A stretch of 64,000 nucleotides of DNA from Phycisphaerae bacterium (GTDB lineage: Bacteria > Planctomycetota > Phycisphaerae > Phycisphaerales > UBA5793): assembly GCA_039794345.1 (NCBI GenBank), contig JBDIVQ010000003.1, positions 3,046 through 67,045 on the forward strand. Direction: 5' to 3'. Numbering within the stretch: position 1 is the first letter of the stretch; each line of letters starts with the position of its first letter. The notes under the pieces were generated by a model. It made no database searches and was not told the origin of the DNA. It saw only the letters and a program-made list of their open reading frames with translations. A program made the position numbers and the translations under genes. Below, one piece after another: positions 19,561-27,727 of this stretch.

Positions 19561-20643
19561 TCACGCTCCCTTTCCGGCCGCCGTGAAGCGGCCTTTGTCG
19601 ACCTTGGCGAAGCGTGCTTCCTTGCCCTTGGCGGCAATCTCGCGGATCATCGCGGCGTAGAGCGTCGCGTGCGGCGTGGCGCCGTTGGTCTTCCAGCCCG
19701 CTGCGATGGCGCGCTCGGCGATCGTCTTCGCGTCGAGCGGTTCTTTGGCTCGGCCCAGCACCTGCGCTGCGGCGTCGAGGCCGCTCAAGCCATCGCGCTT
19801 CTTGCGCGGCTTGGCCTCGGCGGTGCCATCCTTGCCGCCGGTAGTCTTCGCGCTGCTGGTGCGAGCCTTCGGTGCGCCGCGATCGGGCGGCATGGTGATG
19901 CCCAGTTGCGCTGGCGATTTGCCGGTGAGCTGCTTGATCGACTGCTTGATGTGGAAGACGCCGGTGACATTGCCGACGGCGTCCACCTCGCGGCAGCCGG
20001 TCTTCTCATCGATGGGCGAGTCGGCGGGCACCCGGTAGAGCAGCGGCGTGCGGCCGTCGATGCGGAAGAAGAGTTCGTACAGTTTGCCGTTGCGCTTCCA
20101 GCAGACATGGTTGCGGCTGGTGGCCAGGTCCTGCACCTGTTTGGCGATCTCGGCGTGGTCGGGCTTGTTGACCAGCGCGATGCGCGGCGGCGTGCGTCGG
20201 CCTTTGCGTTTCTCGGCCGGCGGCGTCGTGGGCGTCGTGCCTTGGTTCGCCGCCGCTTCCGCAGCCTTCTTCACCCACCGCGAGCGTTCCTTGCCATCGA
20301 CGATCACCGTGTGCATGACGAGGCCCTTGGCCGCCGCCTTGGCGTCGCGCTCGGCGATGCGTGCGGCGTCCCTGTCAACAACGCGGCCCCCGGGTTTCAC
20401 GCCGGAGGCCGGTTTGGCATCCTTCTTGTCGCCCGCCGCTGGTGGCGGCGTCGCGGCCGACTTCGGCGGCCCCGCCTCAGTCCGCAACCGCTGGGCGCTC
20501 TTGATCCTCACCTTCTTCTTCGTGCCCAGGTTCGTCGCGTCCCAGCCGCCGTTGCGGTTTTCGGCGTCGATGCGCACCTTGGCGATGGTGCCGCTCACCT
20601 TCGCGGTGTAGGTGTTTCCGATCTTGATCTCGTTCTTCTTCAT
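19561..20643 (-). CDS. DNA-binding protein with C-terminal HARE-HTH-like domain
   Basis: C-terminus [46 protein letters not shown]...[12 protein letters not shown] fits the HARE-HTH pattern. Lys/Pro-rich linkers. Confidence 0.55.
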   Translation of the reverse strand: MKKNEIKIGNTYTAKVSGTIAKVRIDAENRNGGWDATNLGTKKKVRIKSAQRLRTEAGPPKSAATPPPAAGDKKDAKPASGVKPGGRVVDRDAARIAERDAKAAAKGLVMHTVIVDGKERSRWVKKAAEAAANQGTTPTTPPAEKRKGRRTPPRIALVNKPDHAEIAKQVQDLATSRNHVCWKRNGKLYELFFRIDGRTPLLYRVPADSPIDEKTGCREVDAVGNVTGVFHIKQSIKQLTGKSPAQLGITMPPDRGAPKARTSSAKTTGGKDGTAEAKPRKKRDGLSGLDAAAQVLGRAKEPLDAKTIAERAIAAGWKTNGATPHATLYAAMIREIAAKGKEARFAKVDKGRFTAAGKGA

Positions 20644-20691
20644 GCTCGTTCTCCTTTCGTGAGTCGAGCGGTTGGTGGAAATGAACCGCCA

Positions 20692-21000
20692 TCACGCGAT
20701 GGCGAGTTCTTCAATGACCTGAAAGTTCGGCGAGATGGTCCAGCGCGGCCGGCCGCTGGCGTCGGTGGCGATGATGCGACTGCTCACGTTCGACGCGTCG
20801 GCGAAGGCGGCGAACATGCGCTGCGTCGCGCGACGTGCGGCGGCCACGATGCCCTCGGGCGTGCCGTCGTGGCTGGCGACGAGATGGTCGAGGACGATGC
20901 CGTCGCGGTCGCAGGCCTCGCGGATGACGACGTTGGGCGCGGCGGCGGCGCTTCGTCGGGCGGCGCGGTGGCGTTCGATCTGAATGGTGCTGGTGTTCAT
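20692..21000 (-). CDS. hypothetical protein
   Basis: 102 aa. Part of the minus-strand run. Confidence 0.45.
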   Translation of the reverse strand: MNTSTIQIERHRAARRSAAAAPNVVIREACDRDGIVLDHLVASHDGTPEGIVAAARRATQRMFAAFADASNVSSRIIATDASGRPRWTISPNFQVIEELAIA

Positions 21001-21012
21001 GGCGCTCCTCCT

Positions 21013-21267
21013 TCACTTGCCCGTCGGCACCGGCGTGATTTCGATCTCGCGGCCGCATGCGGGGCACACGGCCTTGGTCGGCCGCGCTGCCTGCCGTCCC
21101 GCCTCGTAGGCTCGCTCCAGCGCTTCTTTGACGCACCACACCGCGAGGTCGTGGAAGTCGAGGCGGTCGCTCTTGCGGGTCTCCAAGGTCTCAAGGCCGA
21201 GGGCCTCGCGGGCGATGGTGTTCAGGGTGTTGTCGCGTGTGATGCTCATGGCGTCTCCGTTTCGCAT
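21013..21267 (-). CDS. hypothetical protein (C-terminal CxxC)
   Basis: 84 aa. Part of the minus-strand run. Confidence 0.45.
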   Translation of the reverse strand: MRNGDAMSITRDNTLNTIAREALGLETLETRKSDRLDFHDLAVWCVKEALERAYEAGRQAARPTKAVCPACGREIEITPVPTGK

Positions 21268-21276
21268 TGTGGTGGT

Positions 21277-21531
21277 TCAGCAGCCCGCGATGCGTTCGAT
21301 CTCGGTCTGCACCGCGTGGATCATCGAGTTGGTGGCGGCCGCGCGGCCCTTGCGGTCGACGCCGTAGATGGCCATCGCCGCCGCCCGCGCTGCGGTCCAG
21401 CGCTGCTCGTCGCTGCTATGGCGCGGCAGTTCGATGCACGTCTGCCCGAAGAGAATCTGCGCCCCGTAGTCGGCGTCTCGAATCTCGACGTCGCCGTCGA
21501 CGCCCTTGATGGTCATTCGTTTGATGGTCAT
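21277..21531 (-). CDS. hypothetical protein
   Basis: 84 aa. Part of the minus-strand run. Confidence 0.45.
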   Translation of the reverse strand: MTIKRMTIKGVDGDVEIRDADYGAQILFGQTCIELPRHSSDEQRWTAARAAAMAIYGVDRKGRAAATNSMIHAVQTEIERIAGC

Positions 21532-21573
21532 GGTCGTGGTCCTTTCGCGTTTGCTGGTGGTGGTTGGTGTGGT

Positions 21574-21879
21574 TCAGATCGCGCTGACGTTGGCGACGAG
21601 CATCGCCGCGCGAACGACGGCGTCGAGTTCGCTTCGCTGCTCGGCCGTGAGTTCCTCGACCTTCTTCTCGAAGAGGCGGTGCGCGATCGAGCGGCGCGTG
21701 GTGTCGATTGCCTTGGGCATGAAGCCGTACGTCGGTGCGTACATGTCGCCGACAGAGACGTTGGCCTGCCCATCCTGAAAGTCATTCCACCCGCCGCCGC
21801 TGCGGTGCGCCGCGCTGGCGGTCACCTGAACGTCGGCGCTGTGGACCCGGATGGTGATGGTTTCGATTCGCGTGCTCAT
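21574..21879 (-). CDS. hypothetical protein (first gene of the minus-strand run)
   Basis: Starts MSTRIETITI, with CAT at 21877-21879. The longer track ORF up to 22044 is Cys/Arg-rich leader. Confidence 0.45.
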   Translation of the reverse strand: MSTRIETITIRVHSADVQVTASAAHRSGGGWNDFQDGQANVSVGDMYAPTYGFMPKAIDTTRRSIAHRLFEKKVEELTAEQRSELDAVVRAAMLVANVSAI

Positions 21880-22207
21880 GTTGATGCGTCCTTTCGCTGT
21901 TGTTCGCGGGCGGCGTATTCCGCCTCGCATTGCACACATGAGGGCATGCAAAGCGCGAAGATGCAAGGGCAATCGCCGAGGATTCCAGCACATTTCGCAG
22001 ATTGTGGGCAACTCCGCCAAACATGTGGGCAAGTCGCTAGGCATGTGCTAGGTAAGGCCGAACCTCGCGCCAGGTTCGCCCGTGTCGGCGAGCCGCAGCG
22101 CCTGGCCCAACGCCTCGGCCCGGGCGCGCCCATCGCCGCCAGCGGCAACGTCGCCGCCCACGGCTCGCCCTGGCGCACCACGCCGCTCCATTCGGAAAGG
22201 ACCGCCA

Positions 22208-22591
22208 ATGCCACGCACCACGCTGGCCCAACTCGCCAAGGCGCGCTTCGCCGCCCTGCGCGCCAAGGTGAGCAGCGCCACCCCCCAGCGACCATCCGCC
22301 TCCGCGCGCGGTTACGACGCGCGGTGGCGCAGGCGACGGCTCATTCAGTTGCGACGCGAACCGTTGTGCCGCATCTGCAAAGCGCAGGGACGCCTCACAC
22401 CCGCTACCGAGGTCGATCACATCATCCCGCTCAACGCGGGCGGGCCCGACACCTTCGCCAACTACCAATCCGCCTGCACCTCATGCCACTCCAAAAAGAC
22501 CGCGCGCGAGGATGGCGGCTTCGGACACGCGCCCCGCAGGAGAGACCGACAGGAGTTGCCCGGCGATGACGCACCCGATCTTCCTGGCTGA
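22208..22591 (+). CDS. phage-type HNH endonuclease
   Basis: CRIC...EVDHIIPLNAGGPDTFANYQSACTSCHSKKT. Lies immediately upstream of and overlaps TerL. Confidence 0.8.
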   Translation: MPRTTLAQLAKARFAALRAKVSSATPQRPSASARGYDARWRRRRLIQLRREPLCRICKAQGRLTPATEVDHIIPLNAGGPDTFANYQSACTSCHSKKTAREDGGFGHAPRRRDRQELPGDDAPDLPG

Positions 22592-24203
22592 GCCCGCCGT
22601 CGATATCACCGTCGAGCCGGAGATCATCTGCGCCGCCGATGAGGTGGCGCTGAGCCAGGGCTGCACCTACGACCCGGCCCGGGGCCTGCACGTAGTGAAC
22701 TTCATCCAGACCTTCTGCCGCCACAGCAAGGGGCAGTACGCCGGGCAGCCCTTCATCCTCCTGCCCTGGCAGTACCGATTCGTCATGCGGCTGTACTCGT
22801 GGGTGCGGTCCGACGCGACGCGGCGCTTCCGCCGCGCCTACATCGAGGCGCCAAAAAAAGGAGGCAAATCCCTCTGGGCCAGCGCCCTCTCGCTCTACCA
22901 CCTGTGCATGGATGGCGAAGATGGCGCCGAGGTCTACAACGCCGCCTGCGACCGCTCCCAGGCCAGCATCGTGTGGAACGAAGCCGCCAACATGGTCAGC
23001 CAATCGCCTCAACTGGCGCGCCGCCTCAACCCCATCCGCTCGACCAAGCGCATTACCTTCGAGGCGACGCACTCGGTCTACCAGGCGCTCTCGGCCGATG
23101 CGCCCACCAAGGAGGGTCTCAACGCCTCCTTCACCCTCTTCGATGAACTCCATGCTCAGAAGGACCGAGACCTGTGGGACCGCCTCTATTATGCCGGGCG
23201 GGTCCGCCGCCAGCCCCTGCACATGGTCATCACCACGGCCGGCACCGACCGCGAATCTCTGTGCTGGGAGCAGCACCAGGCGGCGCAGGCGGTCATCGAC
23301 GGGACTTCGACCGACACCAGCCTGTGCGCCGTCATCTACTGCGCCGACGAGGATGATGACTGGACCGATCCCAAGGTCTGGGCCAAGGCCAACCCTTCCT
23401 ACGGCACGCTCATCACCGAAGAGAGCATGCGCGAAGAGTGCGATGAGGCGAAGCGCTCGCCCACCAGCGAGGCGCGTTTCCAGCGCTACTGCCTCAACAT
23501 CTGGACGCGCCCCGACACCAAGGCGATTCGCGACACCGACTGGCGCGCCTGCAAGGTCGATCTTGATCCCGAGTCCCTCAAGGGCAAGTGGTGCTTCGTG
23601 GGCCTTGACCTCGCCTCGGTCCGCGACATGGCGGCGATGACCTTCGTCTTCCCGGAAGAGGATGGCACGTACACGATCTGGCCGCACCTCTTCGTGCCCC
23701 TCATCGGCCTCGATCAGAAGGAGCGTCACGATCGCGTGCCCTACCGCCAGTGGACGCAGGATGGCCATCTGCTCACCACGCCGGGCAAGACCTTGGACTA
23801 CTCCTTCATCCGCCAGCGGCTCATCGACCTGCGCGAAGAGGGCTACAAGGTGCAGTCCGTCGGCTACGACCCGTGGAACGCCGACCAGACGGCCCACATC
23901 CTCTCAGGCGAAGGGTTCAGCATGGTCGAGGTCCGGCAGGGGTACCGCAGCATGTCAGAGCCGAGCAAGGTCTTCGAGCGACTGGTCATCGAGCACAAGT
24001 TCCGCCACGGCGGCAACCCGGCGATGGACTGGATGACGGGAAACCTCATGTGGATGAGCGATCCCAAGGGCAATCGCTACCCGACGAAGGAGAACGAGAT
24101 GTCCAAGGTCGACGGGCCGGTCGCGGCGATCATCGGGCTCGCCGTGGCGCTGCTCAGCGACCCGCCGCCGCAGGATCCGCCGGTGTACATCAGTGTGTGG
24201 TAG
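22566..24203 (+). CDS. phage terminase large subunit
   Basis: Walker A-like EAPKKGGKS, Walker B LFDELH, and a C-terminal nuclease region (VGLDLAS...GYDPWNA). Typical Terminase_1 layout. Confidence 0.9.
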   Translation: MTHPIFLAEPAVDITVEPEIICAADEVALSQGCTYDPARGLHVVNFIQTFCRHSKGQYAGQPFILLPWQYRFVMRLYSWVRSDATRRFRRAYIEAPKKGGKSLWASALSLYHLCMDGEDGAEVYNAACDRSQASIVWNEAANMVSQSPQLARRLNPIRSTKRITFEATHSVYQALSADAPTKEGLNASFTLFDELHAQKDRDLWDRLYYAGRVRRQPLHMVITTAGTDRESLCWEQHQAAQAVIDGTSTDTSLCAVIYCADEDDDWTDPKVWAKANPSYGTLITEESMREECDEAKRSPTSEARFQRYCLNIWTRPDTKAIRDTDWRACKVDLDPESLKGKWCFVGLDLASVRDMAAMTFVFPEEDGTYTIWPHLFVPLIGLDQKERHDRVPYRQWTQDGHLLTTPGKTLDYSFIRQRLIDLREEGYKVQSVGYDPWNADQTAHILSGEGFSMVEVRQGYRSMSEPSKVFERLVIEHKFRHGGNPAMDWMTGNLMWMSDPKGNRYPTKENEMSKVDGPVAAIIGLAVALLSDPPPQDPPVYISVW

Positions 24204-24328
24204 CGCAGCGTGTCGGCACGCCCTCCAATCAACACCGGAAGTGTGTACCTGCTGGAAATCTTCCGGATTCCCCTTGGCAACGTATTTCCAGTAGGTATCA
24301 TAATTGTAGGTACCGAAAGGGGAATCAG

Positions 24329-25285
24329 ATGCCTCGCAAGAAGCCCGGCAAAGTCGGTGAGAACAAGTTCGAAGTGATCCGAAACATCCCCCACCCCTGC
24401 GCGAACGAGCGGGCGGCGGTGGAGTTCATAGAGTCCCAGCGCTGGGAAGATACGCCCTGTTGCCCCCATTGCGGGGATACTGACGTTTACCAGATGAAGG
24501 GCCGCGACGGGGAGCGGGAGAAGAACTACCGTTGGAGGTGCAAGGGCTGTGGTGAACGGTACACCGTTCGGACGGGGACGGTCATGGCAGAGACCCGAAT
24601 GCCGCTTCGGTACTGGTGTCACGCCTTCTGGCGCGTCTGCGCCAGCAAGAAGGGCGTCAGTGCCAAGCAGATTCAGCGAGAGACCGGACTGTCCTATAAG
24701 TCCGCCCTGTTCCTTCTCCACCGGGTTCGCTTTGCGATGGCCGATATGGACGGAGTGAAACTCTCCGGAACCGTTGAGGTTGACGAGACGTACACCGGCG
24801 GCAAGCTACGGTTCAGGGGGCCGCACAACAAGCGAGGGCGGGGAACCAGCAAGCAGCCCGTTATGGCGATGGTCGAACGCGGCGGACGGGTGAAGTCTCG
24901 GGTAATCGCCGACGTGACTGCCGCCACTCTCCGCGCTGCGGTAAATGAACACGTTGAACGACCTGCGCACCTGATGAGTGACGAGAACCCGTGCTACGTC
25001 GGTCTCGCGGCCGAGTACGCAAGCCACCAGTCCACAAAGCACAGCGCGAAAGAGTACGTTCGCGGCGACGTTCACAGCAACACCGCCGAGAGCGTCTTCG
25101 CTGTGTTCAAGCGTGGCGTCTACGGCGTGTACCACAACATCAGCAAGAAGCACCTGCACCGATACCTCGCCGAGTTTGACTTTCGCTGGAACACCAGAAA
25201 GGATGATGACGGAGAACGGACGGCGAAAGCGATCCAATCCGCTGTCGGCAAGCGCCTTATGTACCAAGGTCCGTGTGCAGCATGA
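24329..25285 (+). CDS. IS1595-family transposase
   Basis: N-terminal Zn ribbon CCPHCG...CKGCG. DDE region VEVDETY, LMSDENPCY, NTAESVFAVFKR. IS ends were not resolved. Confidence 0.85.
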   Translation: MPRKKPGKVGENKFEVIRNIPHPCANERAAVEFIESQRWEDTPCCPHCGDTDVYQMKGRDGEREKNYRWRCKGCGERYTVRTGTVMAETRMPLRYWCHAFWRVCASKKGVSAKQIQRETGLSYKSALFLLHRVRFAMADMDGVKLSGTVEVDETYTGGKLRFRGPHNKRGRGTSKQPVMAMVERGGRVKSRVIADVTAATLRAAVNEHVERPAHLMSDENPCYVGLAAEYASHQSTKHSAKEYVRGDVHSNTAESVFAVFKRGVYGVYHNISKKHLHRYLAEFDFRWNTRKDDDGERTAKAIQSAVGKRLMYQGPCAA

Positions 25286-25327
25286 GGATGAATCGCTGAT
25301 CGTCGAATGTCTGATTGATCGCAACGA

Positions 25328-26092
25328 ATGACCTGGCAGCGCCTCACCATCACGGTAGATGGCAACGACGGTAGGCTACCCGCCCGCGCGTTGATAAAGG
25401 TGCTACGCGCCGCAATGAATCTGGTCGAATCAATACACGATGAATCTGAGTCCGATGAGTCCGAAGGGCGAATCCAGTGGACGATTGAGAAGATGACCAA
25501 GATCAATCCGGGTGTGGTGACGGTTGCCGCCGACCTGGACGACGAAATTGATTTGGCGGTGCGTGGACTTCGCAGGATAAATGAAGTCGCAGAAATGCCA
25601 CGTCGATTCACAATGCGATCCTTAAGATATGCCAAAGACCTTGTATCCGTTTTGGATCATGGTGTGCAAGAAGTGGTCATTCAGAACGGACATGAAGCGG
25701 TTGTCCCGACACAGCACGTCTCCGCGAATGCAGATGAATTGATCGGGGCCAAGTTCTACTACGCCACCGCATCTCTGGTTGGTCGGCTATCTGTTATTAA
25801 TGTGCGCCGGGAACTTCGCATCAGTATCGAGGACGAGGCGTACACGCGTTCGGTCGAGTGCGAATGCGCACCGGAGTTTTTTGAGCGCGCTAAGATGTAC
25901 CTAAACTCGCGGGTCATAGTGACTGGTGAAGTGCGTTACAGGCGTTTGGACGATACGCCTGTCTCTATCGTTGCGCAGGATATTGAACCATTGTCCGAAG
26001 ACCATCGCGGCTTCGATGAACTGAAGCCCATCGACATCACGGGCGGGTTGTCTTCGGAAGAATACGTCAGGCGGATGCGCGATGGGGCGTAG
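25328..26092 (+). CDS. hypothetical protein, putative partner of the PIN gene
   Basis: 254 aa in a lower-GC patch. Overlaps the PIN start by 11 nt. No motif recognised. Confidence 0.55.
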   Translation: MTWQRLTITVDGNDGRLPARALIKVLRAAMNLVESIHDESESDESEGRIQWTIEKMTKINPGVVTVAADLDDEIDLAVRGLRRINEVAEMPRRFTMRSLRYAKDLVSVLDHGVQEVVIQNGHEAVVPTQHVSANADELIGAKFYYATASLVGRLSVINVRRELRISIEDEAYTRSVECECAPEFFERAKMYLNSRVIVTGEVRYRRLDDTPVSIVAQDIEPLSEDHRGFDELKPIDITGGLSSEEYVRRMRDGA

Positions 26093-26579
26093 AACTCCGG
26101 TAGTTTGTTGGGATACTTGTGTGTTCATCGACGCGCATCAGCAGACGACGAAGCGCATCGAAGACATCCTTGAAGTCGAGAGACACGCCAAGGCGCAGAA
26201 GATACGCATTGTCTGCTCGGCGATGGCGGTTGCGGAATGTGTAAAACTCTGCAAAGATGCGCCACCTACCGATGAGGAAATCCAGCAGATTCGTGACTAC
26301 TTTGATCGATCTTGGGTTACGGTGATTCCCGTTGACCGACCCGTAGCAAAGCGTGCCGCTGATCTTGTAAGACAGCATGACCTGAAACCGCCGGATGCGA
26401 TCCACTTGGCGACAGCACTACGACAACCAGACGTACAGTGCCTGATGACCTACGATGCCAGCAGTGGGCTGCTTGAACTCGACAAGAAGATCGAAAGCCT
26501 GCGCATCATTCCAGCGAGCCGCTACCATGAAATCACCGGAGAAGGAGAGTTATACCAACGAGATGAGCAAGAAGCATAA
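26082..26579 (+). CDS. PIN domain nuclease (VapC-like)
   Basis: Acidic residues at the expected spacing: CWDTCVFID, AVAECV, PPDAIHLATA, LMTYD. Confidence 0.8.
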   Translation: MGRRTPVVCWDTCVFIDAHQQTTKRIEDILEVERHAKAQKIRIVCSAMAVAECVKLCKDAPPTDEEIQQIRDYFDRSWVTVIPVDRPVAKRAADLVRQHDLKPPDAIHLATALRQPDVQCLMTYDASSGLLELDKKIESLRIIPASRYHEITGEGELYQRDEQEA

Positions 26580-26840
26580 GCCAAAGCAACCCGGCCCAAA
26601 GCCAGAGACATTTAAGGCTGAAGGTGTTGACTGGAAGGACGCGATCCGTCATGCCCTCGGCAAGAAGAAGCCGGAGAAGGGCCAGTAATCCGAAAAACCG
26701 CCAGACCAGAAAATGAAGTAACCGTCGCCATCGGCACACAGATTCGATCTGGAGCAAGGGTCGGCGACGGTTTGGACTACAAGAGTGCTTTCAATCGCGT
26801 CTTGGCGCGCAGGCGGCACCTCATTTCGTGATGGACCAAT

Positions 26841-26946
26841 GGGCTGGGAGGGACTCGAACCCTCATGAGCGTGCTCGGCGGGTTGCTCAATGGCCCTCAT
26901 GGGGCGACTGAAAGCCCGCTGCGTCTGCCGATTCCGCCACCAGCCC
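26841..26946 (-). other. tRNA-like element with aberrant anticodon region (type-II/Leu-like body)
   Basis: The reverse complement gives acceptor GGGCTGG/CCAGCCC (A73), D arm GCGGAATCGGCAGACGC and T arm GAGGG-TTCGAGT-CCCTC. Total length is 106 nt. GCGGG...CCCGC encloses 32 nt instead of a 7-nt loop. CATGAGGG is duplicated 34 nt apart. Confidence 0.4.
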
Positions 26947-27727
26947 AGTTTCAGGATCGTAGGCCGAATCGTGGCCCGTGATCCGGGTTTCCAACAGGTA
27001 CACACTTCCGATCAACTCTCGTCTGGTGCGTCGTCCTGCCCGACGCCGTCATTGATGCGACACAGTACGCCAACTCCAACTGCACCGGCACGGCCAACAC
27101 CTTCAACGTGGCGATCGCCAGCGCCGTGCTCAACTACCGGGTCATCGGGACGACGCGGCGCTTCGTCCTCTGGGTCATCGCCTTGCCCGGCGGCGGCATC
27201 TCGATCCACATCTTCTTCGGAGTCGCGGCCTTCGACGCGCGGCAGTGCCCGAACTACTCGACCTGGCCGCTGGTCTTCAACAACGGCCTGACGAGCACCG
27301 CCTGCCTCTGCGGCGGCTCGGGGCACCGCGATGCATCCGGCTGCAACAGGCGGTACGGCGACGCTCACGATGGCGAGCGATACGAACTGCGACGGATCTG
27401 AGAGCGGTGCCGGGCTGACGATGCACGTGGCTTCCGGTCCGTCGATCGCCCCGCACCGGCAAGCCGAATCGGCGGAGCTGGATGTGGCCGATGCGCGGGA
27501 TAAACGTCACCGCAGGTGCAGCGGCTGCCGCAACCAGCACGTGTCGGTCAGAAGGCGCGCCAATAAAACTCATCGGCGCTGGTCGGACGATTGACTGTGC
27601 TGGCGCGGGGTATCGCAATGAGTTGTTCGAAATATCGGGATCGCTCGGTTTTTCGGCAGGGATTGACGGACCTAGGATGCCCTCGCGAGGTGGAGTGTCG
27701 TCGTCATCGGGCAGTCGGACTGACACT

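Noticed and set aside
18673-22569. 1298-aa plus-strand ORF, the longest unassigned ORF in the track
   Set aside because: It is Arg/Gly/Ala-rich with no motifs. It lies exactly antisense to eight compact minus-strand ORFs with sensible starts and spacing, and it runs through their intergenic gaps. This is a typical high-GC shadow ORF.
22431-23897. 488-aa minus-strand ORF
   Set aside because: It is antisense to the terminase large subunit.
26563-26688. 41-aa Lys-rich ORF overlapping the PIN 3' end
   Set aside because: It is too short and compositionally biased to call. It is mentioned only under the PIN finding.
26977-27401. Open frame (track ORF 27108..27401) with host-like codon bias upstream of the giant gene
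   Set aside because: It has no ATG, no RBS and no recognisable motif. It may be a C-terminal gene fragment left by rearrangement, but this is not supportable as a feature.
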